A stretch of DNA of 63,939 nt from Rotaria socialis (taxonomy: Eukaryota). Location: contig CAJNYD010000039.1 of NCBI GenBank assembly GCA_905331295.1, positions 62,062 through 126,000 of the forward strand. The letters run 5' to 3'. A program made the position numbers and the translations under genes. The notes under the pieces were generated by a model. It saw nothing but the letters and a program-made list of their open reading frames with translations. It had not been told where the DNA came from and ran no database searches. Positions 27,144 through 40,763 of the stretch are shown piece by piece (the stretch's first letter is position 1; each line of letters begins with the position of its first letter).

Positions 27144-29500
27144 GTCAACAGTAATTAAAAAACAATGAATCTGTTACTATGCTAACAGACTACTGCACGT
27201 TCTCGAGTGTTTTCAGGTGTCAGAAGATCCAGTGATGGTGTTTATTTATCTGCTTTTGTTTTAAAATTAATATGAAATAACAAGATTTTTGAAGAAAACA
27301 GCTGAAAATAGTATTTTCGAAAGATTTTTTTAGGATAAATAAAACAGAAATTACAACATATTTACTATTCGCTAATTTTTGGATGAAATATTTGAAAACT
27401 ACCTTAATATTTAGTGATTAAATGTTTCACTGCAAAGATATTCAGTGTGACTGAAGTCGTGTATTTCTTCTAATCTGGAATATATCAACTGGAAATGTTT
27501 TTGCAATCGTATATATTCAAGAAAATTTTATATGAAGTCTGATAAGGGTAATTCATTTTCATATGCTCCCAATGGTAATGATTAAAAGAATTATTTGAGT
27601 TTTGTTTTAAATAATATAATGGGATTAATGAAATCATACATCGGTATTCGCTAGATCCCATTCGAAAATGATGGTTATTTATGGATGCTCAATTTACTCT
27701 ATGTCACTTAATCATGATATTCATAGATTGAACAATATTTCATCGCATATATTCTGGGTGTGGGTTAAGAGAAAAACTATGCCTCCCACTAGAGTACATT
27801 GGGTTCAAAAATGTATGAGCCCTGATCCGAACGCGCATCGCACTGATTAAAATTTTTTGGATAAAACGAACAAAAATTTCAAAAAAATGATATATTATTA
27901 TCACATGAATCAAATTTTTCTGTCAATCGACACCCGACCAATCAAATTTTCAGACACGGACCCAAAGCCATTTTCCTCTATTTTGTTGTTTTGCCTTTTT
28001 TAAACCTATTTTCTGTTATTAGAAGAATGCAGTTCCATATCACTGTCCCCTTCACAATCAGAAATATATTGCGCTACGCGTTGTAGTTGAGTAATTTGTA
28101 TAAATTCTATATTCTTCTTCATAAAATTGAAAAAATATATATTTATGTAAAAGGACCAACCTATGTTGCCCTTTCTATATACAATTTATCTCCAATTTGA
28201 ATTAATTATTTCCCATTCAAAATATTCATTATTCATTCAACATTATTATTGCTAAATTTGATTATTACTCATTTCAATATTTTTATTGCTTAACTGAATA
28301 TAAGACGAAATATTCTATATCATTGATAATTTTATATTTATCAATCTGATAAAAATTTTCATTATAACAATAAATAAATCTACTGTCTTTGAAATAAACT
28401 TTTCAAAGGCAAAAAGAAAATTTTTATTGATGTACAGAATGATGTCGATCGCTTGTGCTTTGTTTGATTTATTTTCAAGTGAAGAAATTGCGCTGAAAAA
28501 ATGTTTCTACTAACGTAAATAATTCAGTTTTAAATTTACGTCTGAAAAACACCGTGCAAAGAAAAAAGGAATTGAAGATTAACCGTTTCTTCAGTGAAAG
28601 AGTACTTTAAAATTGCTCATCTGTTCTTAAATATCAGCATGTTCTTTGATCAAGCTAAGGTTAATTAAACAAAAGTTGAGTTGCGCCTGAATGCATTTAT
28701 TTATTTATTGATGATATTATTGGAAAGATTATGCAACATGAACAAATACAAAGCGCGTTAAAAGCTTATGCATTCATTTTTCTATTTTACTATGCCCACA
28801 ATTCAAAATTGATGCAAAAGCAATTGCCAATTTCTATTCATTGTGTTAAATAAATTTTGCCAGTTGAATTTGATCAATTTTATTGTTGATATAATTTATC
28901 TTTGTTTTGCAGTGCAATTAACAAAAGGTATTGTGACGATATCAATGTTTGATATACTTAAGTCTTTCTTCCTGTTAGCTACCTATCTATTCGTCTCTTC
29001 CTTTCTTCCTATTATCCATGCATTAGTCTTTCCCTTGTTTCTCTCTGTCCTGATTTCTCTTCGTTCTGTATGTAACAGTGAACATGTATTTAAACGATGC
29101 GATTTATGATATAAAGAAGCTAAATAAACAGTAGTTTCGGCAGCGCAAGCATCTCTTATATCTAAAGCCGTCACAGGTATGTTTAAAATAATTAGTGTCC
29201 AGAAAAACTGGGATACACTGTGCCGATATTGGTGGCACGCTTCAATGATTCTCCTCAGGGCCAGAACCGGTCCGGTTAAGAAATTCAACCGGGCCGGTAA
29301 ATACCGAAAAATCGCCGGTTGAAATTTTAAAATAACTATCTTCATTTAGCTCTGTTTTGTTAAAATGATGTTTTATCAGTATACATATATACATTTATTT
29401 ATATATAAAAAGTCCTATAAATCTGTTGATGCTGCAAAATTTTTGTGGAATTCAGAAGAAATATTGATTATAATCATAAACAACAGTAATAAATCTCATT

Positions 29501-30661
29501 TTTAATGCGGTCCGAAGCACGGCATTCATATAGTCCGTCGCGAGTTTTTTTTAATGCGATGTAAAGCAGAAGCATTTATGTAGTCCATCGCGAGTTTTTT
29601 TATTTTTTATTTTTATTAATGCGATGCGAAGCAGAAGCATTTATGTACCCGAGTCATAGCATTTTTTGCAAGAGCATGCAATTCTTGACTTTCTTGAGCA
29701 AGAAGTCAAGAACTATGGACACATCTTGAGGCAAGACATGAGGCCCTTCGATGAGCTCAAGTTCTTAAACTTCTTGCTCATGCCGCTGGATATTTTTGCT
29801 CATGCGCTGGATATTCTTACTCATGCGCTTGAATTTTTATCTAAGCGTTTCTGTTATTAAAGAAATTTTTCAATTTTACATTCAAAATGACTCAACTTAT
29901 TATAAAAATTTATAGTTGCATTCTTTTTGTAACTCATGCAAACATTCAAGCGCTTGTCTTGAGCAAGAAAGTCAAGAACTATGGACACATCTTGAGCTCA
30001 AGTCTTGCAAGCGCATGAATAAAAATGTTTGACTAGGGTAGTCCGTCGCGAGTTTTTTTATTCTTTTATTTTTTTTTTATTATTTATTATTTACTTGACG
30101 TACGCATCAACATAGTCATTTTGTTGCGCGATGATCTCGAGAACCAAAAAATCATAGAAAAGTTATTCAAACTAGAGGGGAAAATATGAATATTGAACTT
30201 GTGATATTTGTTTTCAAAATTTTAATACGATATTTTGTTTTCTCAGAAATATTCTACCAAAATGACGATTTTGAAAGATATTTATCGTTTCAGACTTTCG
30301 CGCTAATTAAAATGACGTCATGAATAGTTGTTAACCAATAGTCTATTGCTTTACATCTGATTCTAGATAATGATTCATGAAAATAATTAATCGTTCAATG
30401 AAAGAAATCGTTAGACAACTGGTTGTTACATTTTCAGAGAGATTTCCTAGTGATGAAATTCAAAATGGTCGATTTAAGAATAGTGAATGTGAAATTTTTA
30501 TTCAAAATTCGTATGCGGAAATTTTAAAAAAATAATCGATTCTAATGAATCTTAAAGTGGATCATTTACTTTTTAAAATCTTATCCTCACTACTTTCGAA
30601 TTTTCGGCTCCTGTGTTTCGCACCGCATTTCGTAGTCGAGTGAAACTCGAATACCATCTAG
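29501..30661 (+). mobile_element. Non-autonomous Helentron/HINE-like element, copy 2, with triplicated 5' end
   Basis: Same termini as 19597-21140 (ATGCGG..CGAAGCA; TTCGCACCGCAT, CGAGTGAAACTCG, CTAG). Confidence 0.75.
29648..30038. mobile_element. MITE with CCC...GGG termini and TA TSD
   Basis: Interrupts the motif gcatttatgTAgtccgtcgcg at TA; imperfect TIR cccgagtca/ccctagtca. Confidence 0.7.
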
Positions 30662-31011
30662 TCTTTCATAGTAAACAGAAATCAACGGAAATGCGACAGT
30701 TGATCAATTTGGTTGGTCAATGCATTATCAACAGTGATCTTTTTTTCTGGCGTGTTTTATTTCTTTCTCGTCCGTTTTTGCCGGAATTTCACCGGTTCGA
30801 GAATAATTGATGTCCCGCCGGAGCGAACCGGTTAATGTTTTTAACCGGCTGGACAGGACCGGCTTATAAATATCTTACCGGTTCCAGCCCTGATTCTCCT
30901 TCCTTCTCTTTATGTTCTCTTTCTATTGTTCTAATCTCTCTCTCTCTCCTGTCTCTCTTCTATCTCTCTCCTATATATACGTGTATTATGTATGAAGTTG
31001 GCACACGGCTA

Positions 31012-31332
31012 GAGATGTCAGATGACGCAATACACCATCATGTTGACGGGCATAGGCGACACTCTCTAGTTTTGTCGTTATACTTTGGATATGTGAAGAA
31101 GCAAATAAACACCATTGCCGAGAGTGGCTGTAAGCTACTCCACCTCTATCCAGTTTGTCTTAATACATAAACTCTTCAGGGTCCTATATGCATCGTTACA
31201 CTCTGGAGATGTCAGATGACACAATATACCATTATGCCGACGGGCATAGGCGACACTCTAGTTTTATCGGTGCGCTCTGGATACTTGAAGTAGCTTAATA
31301 AACATCTGTGTCGAGAGTGACACAAGCTACTC
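31012..31332. repeat. Diverged ~190-bp direct repeat, two copies
   Basis: gagatgtcagatgac...gacgggcataggcgacactct occurs near 31012 and 31206. Confidence 0.7.
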
Positions 31333-31423
31333 TAATCAAGTTGGTCGTTACACATTCTCTTCTCTCCCTGTCTTTACCATTGCTACTCTCTCTGTTTTCT
31401 TCTATTCCTTTTCTCTGTATATA

Positions 31424-32808
31424 CAGTGGCTCCAAAAATTATTCATACACCTTGTATGATTTAGTTGTTTTTTTCTCTTGTTTTCGAAGCACCTGAGAGA
31501 GGGTCGTGAATGTTTCACTAAACAATAGTTTATCAGCACTATTACATATGGTGTCGTTTTCAGCTGATACTAATATACGTTGACTAGTTTATGAGAAAAA
31601 CATTAAGAAGATCTGGAATTTAGAGTTACAAAAATTATTCATACACCAACGAAAATTCATTTGTTTCTTATCGACATTTATCGATCAGAAGAGATATCGA
31701 TGCTATTACTTTTCTCAAGTCTTACAGCATTGAATCGCACCTCAATCATGCGTCGAGTAATTCAAGAGAAATTTTATTATGACGAATAGTCTTCTAGACA
31801 AGACTTTTTAATTTTTTAGAGGTAATATAGGTCTTCTCTGCAGAAATATTTTCATCTTTTGCTCTATTAAAGAACAGATAACCTTTGTCAGTCAAAATAC
31901 GATGTGTAGATACGATTTGAGCGCAATATATTCGATTATTTAATTAAATCAGTCATCGTAGTGAAGAATATTACTAGATTAGAGAAAGAAACGATGCACC
32001 CAGAAAACGTTTTCGTGATCTGGCACTTGAACAAGCTTCATATTTAAAGAAAGCGAGTCGAATTATATCAGAAATACACGTTGCTGACAATACTAAATAA
32101 TGTTCGTCGAAGGTGTATACGATCGAACTTTATTCACCGTACTCAATCACTCACGTACCATGAGCGGTTAGCTGATGCGCAGCTATCATATAATTTCTAA
32201 CGATATTTTAGTTCTAATCGTACACAACATAAAGGAGCGTTAGTATTTATCCACGAAACAAACAGATTTTCTTTGTCTCCCTTGATGCTTCCTTATCAAA
32301 CATGACTTTCATTAATAATTGAATTTTCTGTGAGTGATTGAGTACTGTTAATAAAGGTCGATCGTATACACCTTCGACGAACATTATTTAGTATTGTTAG
32401 CAACGTGTATTTCTGATATAATTCGACTCGCTTTCTTTAAATATGAAGCTTGTTCAAGTGCCAGATCACGAAAACGTTTTCTGGGTGCATCGTTTCTTTC
32501 TCTAATCTAGTAATATTCTTCACTACGATGACTGATTTAATGAAATAATCGAATATATTGCGCTCAAATCGTATCTACACATCGTATTTTGACTGACAAA
32601 GGTCATCTGTTCTTTAATAGAGCAAAAGATGAAAATATTTCTGCAGAGAAGACCTATAGTACCTCTAAAAAATTAAAAAGTCTTGTCTAGAAGACTATTC
32701 GTCATAATAAAATTTCTCTTGAATTACTCGACGCATGATTGAGGTGCGATTCAATGCTGTAAGACTTGAGAAAAGTAATAGCATCGATATCTCTTCTGAT
32801 CGATAAAT
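31424..32808. mobile_element. Tc1-like (IR/DR) foldback element with its right end lost in the gap
   Basis: TA-CAGTGGCTCC end; DR caaaaattattcatacacc at 31433 and 31629; ~480-bp inverted arms 31676-32155 and 32330-32808. Confidence 0.6.
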
Positions 32809-32896
32809 NNNNNNNNNNNNNNNNNNNNNNNNNNNNNNNNNNNNNNNNNNNNNNNNNNNNNNNNNNNNNNNNNNNNNNNNNNNNNNNNNNNNNNNN

Positions 32897-33692
32897 AATT
32901 GCTGGAACACGATCAGGTTGTGGAGCATGGCAGTGAGCTGTTGGTTGCGAGACAAATGCGTCCATGTATACATTGGTATGACAACGAGCTTAATTAATAG
33001 ATGATTTTTATTTCAATTAATTGATTGATGTTCAAAATAACCATACCTTTGCAATCTCGATTATGACATCGAAGAATCAATTTCGTCGTTGTTGTACGTT
33101 CTACGGTGTAGATGAAACCTTCGTAGAGAAGCATTGATTTTCCTTTTTCAGTAGTAAGTTTTTCGATTTGAGACATTTTGTTTGAGCGTAGTTCGTATTG
33201 AACAATGTGAGTGAGAAATGAAATGTATTTTTTTATATCATTGGATCTCATAACTAAGACCATTGAATCAATGTTATCGTTAGCCTAGATTATGTTGAAA
33301 TTCATTAACTGAGTTACAATTCTAATTATTCTTCACTTGTTTTAGCTCTATCACAGTATTTTTGATTAGTTTTTTTTATCCGCTTTACCAATTAAACAGT
33401 CATTTGCTTTAGAAAAATCAATTATCTATCGTTATTGTACATATCTTACAATTACTCATTTATTTTCTTTTCTTTTTATTGGTTGCATAAAAAAAAAGAA
33501 TTAATTAAGAGAGATGGGAGAAACAGATAGCGAACAACAGAACGGAAAGAATTTATCTGCGACGACAGAACGGAAAAAAATATGCGACGAACAGAACGCG
33601 ACAAATTGTTCTGCGACGAATTGATCATGCGACGAATTGATTGCGACGAATTGATCGCGACGAATTGTCGTGCGACGAATTGTACTAGTACC
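32897..33692 (-). mobile_element. Partial MULE/Mutator-like element with FLYWCH-type zinc finger ORF (ATG 33176, intron 33046-32989), truncated by gap
   Basis: KGKSMLLYEGFIY..LRCHNRDCK|ARCHT..HCH; terminal tandem ACAATTCGTCGC repeats 33557-33690. Confidence 0.7.
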
Positions 33693-34048
33693 TTTTATTC
33701 TAATTCTAAAGCTGAAATTTAATGGCAAGAAAATTTTGATGTAGTGATTATGGCGAAAGCATTCGTACTGGGGTGTGTATAGAATAGAACAGTCACATCC
33801 ACATCTACATCATCGCTAAAAAAAGAAACAATTTTTATATGTTTTCAGTGTTTCGATTTTTTTTAAAGCTAACCAGCGTCGAACCACGGATTAACTTACG
33901 TAATATTCCAAGAACAGCATTCAGAAACCAATCTTTTTATCATACAGCTTTGTGCAATATGGAAGGCTTTATCAATTTCGATGAAGTAAAGCCGTGTCAA
34001 TCCAACAAGATGCAAACATGCATGTGAAATAAGTAGTTATAGGTACTT

Positions 34049-35349
34049 ATGGCTCGATTATTATCCGTTAAATATATTCTACGACGACCTTGTTGTATTT
34101 ATATCTTTTTAACAATTAACAGCCTGCTATTTGTGATGCATCTCAAATACCAACAAATAAACAAGGAAATACTTAGAAAATTAGGAACTTCTTATCCATC
34201 ATTTCAATTGGATGCAAGAACAGGGCAAAGTATTGCAAACTACTTTGAACGAAAGTCACAGCTCATGAAGCAATCGCCTTTTAAGACTGTACTTTCTAGA
34301 GAATTTCGAAGAGCATCTAATAAAACATTGTTTTCAATCTATGCGTACACAAAATATCATAAATTCTGTAGAAAATATAACAGTGAATCGTTTTATCTAT
34401 CGACTTGTCCTTTTCGAAATTGTCAATTTACATGCGATACTTCTTTGATTCATCGAACTGACGCTATAATAATGCTCTATAGCCATTTAAACTATGAAAA
34501 GCTGTTAGATCTGGCTGTATACCGAAATCCGAATCAATTATGGCTGCTATGGCACGATGAGCCGTATGCACCTGCACCTGTCTACAATAAATTTCTATTT
34601 AACTGGACAATAACTTATCGCTTGGACTCAGAAGTTAGTGTTGCAGCTTATGGAGTTGCGTACGTGAGAAATGAGTCGATAAATCAAATAGCATTCGCAA
34701 AATGGATTGATGAAAATTACAAAAAACGACACAATGAAGCTACCTGGTAAGTAATATTAATAATATTGTAGAAATTAATAATATAATAACATAAAATTAA
34801 TTCAGGTTCGTGAGCAATTGTAATTCACAGAAACGTCTTCACTTCTACGAACAACTCAAACAACATTTTCCTATATCTGCTTTTGGAAAGTGTGTTAAAA
34901 ACCAAACGAATGATTCTCATAAATGTGCTCGAAGTTCTCAGTGTGAATTTGAAAAACTTTCTACATCGAAATTTTACTTAGCATTCGAATCGACTACATT
35001 GAGACGCGATTATATTACTGAGAAGTTTTGGCGATCTTTATCTCATGGTGCAATACCTATCGTTCTTGGTCCGAAGCGTCAAAGCTATGAACGAATTGCT
35101 CCACCTAATTCATTTATTTATGCGCAAGACTATAGTGATCCTATAACACTGGCTAAACATTTAAATGATGTGGCGACAAATCGGCAAGAGTATGAAAAGT
35201 ATCATGCATGGAGAATTAACTATGAAACACGTTATCTAAGTCGTGACGTTGAATCGGTTCGATTTTGTGAATTATGCTATAAATTGAACACGAATAAAGA
35301 TCGTATTTGGTATACCGACGTAAATAAATACTTTTTGGAAATAGACTAA
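34049..35349 (+). CDS. Alpha-1,3-fucosyltransferase (GT10); exons 34049-34746, 34806-35349
   Basis: Type II TM; FNWTITYRLDSEV, W|FVSNC, KFYLAFES..RDYITEKFW, PPNSFI; 59-bp intron. Confidence 0.93.
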
Positions 35350-35386
35350 CGGCTTATATTAAGAACAACAAACTTTTATTACGTAC

Positions 35387-35912
35387 TTTTTTGTGTACTC
35401 AAAAAAAAAAGAGTACACTATAGAATCGGTCAGTGTGTCCGGCCGTCCGTTTATTCGATAACTCTTCACAATTGCATTCGATTGAGCTGAAATTTTGTGC
35501 ACAGAATTGTCTTATCAATATCTAGGTCGAGTTCGAAGATGAGAAGGATCCGTCAAGAAATGGCTGAGTTGTCGAAAAAATTGTCATTTTTGATCAGACC
35601 ATCCCTGAGGGGGAGTACAGGGATTTTTCAAAAAAAACATTTTCTCAGAATTATTCACAACATATATAAATCGACTCAGTTTTTAACGCTGATTCTAAAT
35701 CTGATATTAGTTTTGAACTAAGTCATAGCTTTCTAACGAAACATCGCCTGAAAAACGTCTCAAAATTCACAAAAACTCCATCCAGAAATCAAATTGTCTA
35801 GTTTCTCATGATAATTTTCGTGTTCAGGCATTCGAGAATGACTCATATGTCGCATGCACTTTTTGCAGTACACATAACTCTCGGATGAAATCCGAAGTTT
35901 CCACATTTATTT
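35387..35912 (+). mobile_element. DINE-1/HINE-like repeat fragment
   Basis: T-run, hairpin GTGTACTC-A10-GAGTACAC, GTCCG motif; 3' part shared with 8645-8758. Confidence 0.5.
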
Positions 35913-38187
35913 AATAATATATTTACGAAGTTTGATACATCGCGATTATTGAAAATTATTCTATTAGATTAAATAGAGACACTTAAATATTGTGAGCTGC
36001 CTCTGACTATTAAATCTTTATTATTTTTATAATAATGAAAATAAGAATTGCCAGATAATAAACAATTTTTTTTGTTTACGTTTTGAAGAATTCATACAAG
36101 TATATTTTGAGCCTGAAATTATGTAGCCCCTACTTTCCTCTCTGTAACAGCAGTGTTAAGGGATCTTGGTTAAATATTATTGATTATTTTTCTCGAGGCA
36201 TGGATGTGGAAAAGTCGAACACCAAAACCAAACGTTGCAATAACAAATTTATATTCACACCGACATCCTTTCGTCGCATATCTCTTGACATTAAAAATAT
36301 ATCTTCAATTCTATGAAGACGAATTAGATTTTATTTAAAAAAATGATATATTTTGCTTCTAATCTCACATCAAGATTGGTAGCTATAAGAAAAATACGAC
36401 GGGTGCTCGCTTTTCATAGTTTTATAATGCTCCATTACTTCAGCTGTGTCTAACTTACGTAGAATGTAAGATGGAAGCGTTTATGACAATTTGACCCAAT
36501 GCTCTTGTAGCTATTATTGAATCTATCGAGGATGAAGATCGATGATGCTCTTTATTATCGGCATAGAAATATCCTTTACAAGCATTTTCGTATCTTACTT
36601 AAATAATACATTCTTACATAAAGTATGTCTTTTTTGGCCTCGTTTTCCTTTTGTCTGCGAATGTAACACTCCGAAGTTCTTACATAACGAAGGATATAAA
36701 TAAATATGTTTAAACGACTTGCTCCATATTTTTAGGCAAAGCATTACACTATATGTCATCAATATTCAAAAGGCGACGTACAAAAAACACTGGCGAAGAT
36801 ACCAATTTAGCACATAAAATAATATGTGAAGTACAATAGGGAGAAGTATTGATAAGTAGTAGTGAGAGCACACATGCAAAGCGAACAGCTAGAAGAAGGA
36901 CAAGGCAAAAGGAAGAAATGCAAGAGAACAAGGGAAGACAAAATTTAAGCACTATATTTTTGCGTAATCTTGCTATGTCAGTGCACATCAATGAAGGACA
37001 AACATTTGAAAATAAATGGTTCATATCGATCTATCAATTGACGCATACGGCGCTAGTACTAATAATCACATAGACGATCGTTTTTCTTTTTTTTTACAAA
37101 ACTTATACCCAATGAACACATCATCGAATAAAAATGAGAAACACAATTCAGTCATATACACCGTTTCAAATCTTCCTTGTATATAAATTTCGATGTTTTG
37201 TTTTAAACTAAACATTATGAAATTGTGATGCATGAAATATTTCTTTGTTGAATAAAAGTGGCGATAATTTGACATTTTTCTCTTGATTAAATTATTCTCA
37301 TATTGAATGTTAAAGAAATTTCCAAGGTCAGAATTTCATATTCGAGTTCTTCGGCTTATTTCCTGACCAATATTCAAAATAATAACTTTCTTGAGAACAA
37401 AATCATTATTATTAGATTCAACAATACTTCGACAACTAATTCATTTATTTCTAATTTAAAAAATGATCTTAGTATTGCTCTCAAGTCAAACGTCTCTTTA
37501 CCTCAATTAAAACTGTATAAACATGTGCATAAAATAATAGATACGAAAACATTACAATATCTGATAGCCATTACTTTGATAAACTGTCAAAACATAACTG
37601 CCCATAGTACTAGAAATACTACTAAACGATCGACAGATTTTTCAACAAAATGAAACTTAAGTCTAAATCAATAATTATTGTTTGGTTGTTAAAGCACCGA
37701 GTTAATCAGTTCAAATAAAGAAGAACAAATCGTGAATAGCTTTTTGCAGTTTTTCTCTTCACCGTATCTATGTTAATAGTTATAAAATATGCTTCCTGCT
37801 GTTTCTACTGACTACCAGGAATATATTTCTAGATCAATGTCAACATATATTACCTATTCAAACGATTTTTTCCTTGTTATCAAAATGCGATGTCGCCTGT
37901 ATGCACGCTGATTCTGTCACTTTTGTCCTTTGACGATAAGGACACCTTCTGTTTCATTGAAATATCTTATCAGTACATCATTTTTATGCACACTATAGGC
38001 AAAATTTTGAATATATACGAATATATTTTCGAAAAGCTGTTACCCGCAAGTGATTATGTCAGACTACTTTTCAACTACCATTGCACAGTCTTATTCAACT
38101 CTTTTACAATTCGATAGCTACTCTTAACCCAACATATATTAATCATTTGATAATTACGCGGCAGTCATAGTTATTATCTTAAGCAAA

Positions 38188-40763
38188 ATGTATCGCTTTC
38201 GTGGCACATTACTAATATTTATTTTCTTGTTCTTCTTTTTAATTATAATATTCTACGATGATCAAAAACAATTTGCTTCTAATATTTACAATAAGTACAA
38301 ACACAGCTGGATTGAACAAGCTCTTGGTCAAATGCATACATGCACCCCTAATGATGGCCTTCGTCAACGTGCTCTTCTTTATACTCTTCTAGAATGGACT
38401 CAACTGGCTCGAAAAAATAAAATTCTATATTGGATTGGGCATGAGACATTAATTAGTTATGTTCAACGGCATGGCTTATCGCCACATGCTCTAGATCTTG
38501 ATATTTTAGTAATGGTACAAGATACATCACATCTTGTTGAACTTCGTACATTATACTTTTCATCCGATTATGAACTGAAAATTCATCCACAATGGCATCT
38601 TGTTGGAAAAAGAAACGACTCGTATTTCAACGCGGAAGGTATCGATTTTGTGGAACCTATAGCACGATTCATCAATCGAAAAGATCATGTATACATCAAT
38701 ATTTGGCCAATGCTTGATTACCATCCGAACAAAGTGAAAATCGGGAATATTACTAAAGAAATGTTTAATGAGTATGATGAAAATGATAAATGGGAATCAT
38801 CACCAAAAGAGTGGACATTTCCATTGAGACCCTGTAGATTCAGTGGTGTCAACGTTTATTGTCCAGCAGAACCAGAGAAATTAATTACTAATATTTCATC
38901 AATAGTATGTATTAATGGATCCTGGCAGAAATCTGATGAGCCTATATCTACAAAAACAATCATAACGAACGAAAATAGTGAGATTTCAGAGCAAACGAGT
39001 ACAGCGTAAGTAAAACGTGATAAACTTTAATTCGTCATTTTACTGGTTCCTCATAAAAACAGAGCAACTTGATGGCATTAGAGAAAGAAATGATACCTGA
39101 TTGTATTAGTTTAAATAGGTCTTTTTTTCCCGCTAATTGATTATTCACTCGTTTAAAATGATCAGTAAGTATTCATTATAAAATGAATATTTTTATTTTG
39201 AAAGAGTGTGATAAATATAATTGCTTTTTTTTCGAATTAGTTGCGCTTTATATGAAGGTAATTTAAAATTGTCTATTCATGTCTAAATTTATTTCTCTTG
39301 TTTTTCTATTATTCTCATGCATAACGAAAGTACATTATTTTTTTCGTTCAATAGCAAATCTATAATTTTGCTGTGTTTGTTTACTGGTATCTTCAAAGAA
39401 AGATTGTTTGTAGCTAAAAAATGAGAGTAACTGGAAAGGAACATAATGGTGATTACTTATGTTCTTTATAAGTCGAAAGTAGGAGAATCTCATTATCATC
39501 GTAGCTGTACATTCTAGCAAAGTATTGCGTTAAATTAGTAGAAGCTCATTCATTGGGTATCTTATTGTCTCGTTTGTTCAATTATTCTTCAATAGAATAG
39601 AAAATAGTAAAATATACACCCGGTCACATTGCAAAACTAGAAAGAAGCTTCCAGTAGAGAGTAGTATTTCGAAACTTCAAACACAATTCAAATAAAATCA
39701 ATCATTTGATCAGCTGTTAAATAATAATTCAATGCTTAATTATAAAGAATAGTGAAGTAAAAGCAGGACTGCAGCACTGAAATGAAACGATTGAAAGAAG
39801 AATGTCATGAGACTGAAGATAATAGTAGGAATTCAGGCATGGATTAGAGGAGATTTTGGCGATGAAAAATGTTTACAATCATCTATATATAGGTTATGCG
39901 AGTGTCCTAATTTTCTTGAACATAGCCTCTATATCATAGCTCCTCATTCTATTGAAACTAAAACGGTTGTGTCGATCAAGCTGAAAGCAAGATCACAAAG
40001 TGAAATTTATAACTGACCTATTTCGATATATACCATTTTATATTGATATAAATATTTTCGTTGTAGGTTGACAACCAATCCAATATTGAGTGATGAAGAA
40101 CTTCTCGAAAAGGCCCTTAACAGCGTTCCAACATGCCAATCAAATGATCGTGATCGTCAAAGATACATTTTACATGGTCTTCAAGCATGGTCTCATCTGG
40201 CAGAAAAATATAATATTCAATATTGGATCTCATATGGGACACTTGTTGGTTTTATTCAACGTCGTGGATTGTTGCCACACGATTTAGATACTGATGTAAT
40301 GATAATGTTTAATGATACACGGAAGCTGGTCGAAATTTCTAAATTGAACTTTTCTTCTACTTATGAAATTAAAGTTCAACCACAATGGGAAATATTCGAT
40401 GATAGAAATCGTTCTTATTTTCGTAAAGATGGTATTCATTTTGTTGCCCCGAATGCAAGATTCATACATCTAACAGCCAGATATCATGTTGATATATATC
40501 CTGTATATGACTTCAATCCAATTTATGCAAATAGATCAATAGAAAAGCAGGAATCAGAAAATTTAACAGCTTACGATAACTATTATAACTGGCTATCGTA
40601 TCCAAGAAGTTGGACATATCCATTAAAAACATGTTATTTCAGTGAGATAAAAGTATTGTGTCCAGCGCAACCTGAAAAATTCATTGAATTGGTGTATGGT
40701 ACTAGCACTTTAACAAAATCCCATAAAAAATGTGTTGAAGGCAACTGGGTAAACGCAGATTAA
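38188..40763 (+). CDS. Type II membrane protein with tandem LicD/fukutin-family domains, copy 2; exons 38188-39005, 40067-40763
   Basis: GC|GTAAGT donor and TAG|G acceptor join in frame; domain B GTLVGFIQRRGLLPHDLDTD; same structure as copy 1. Confidence 0.85.

Larger units (their letters stand above)
29256..30892. mobile_element. hAT-type MITE hosting nested elements
   Basis: TIRs CAGGGCCAGAACCGGT / CAGGGCTGGAACCGGT; perfect 8-bp TSD ATTCTCCT (29248-29255, 30893-30900); subterminal ACCGG repeats. Confidence 0.88.

Noticed and set aside
29501..29647. CRISPR-like repeats
   Set aside because: No unique spacers and no cas genes; these are tandem copies of a TE end in a eukaryote
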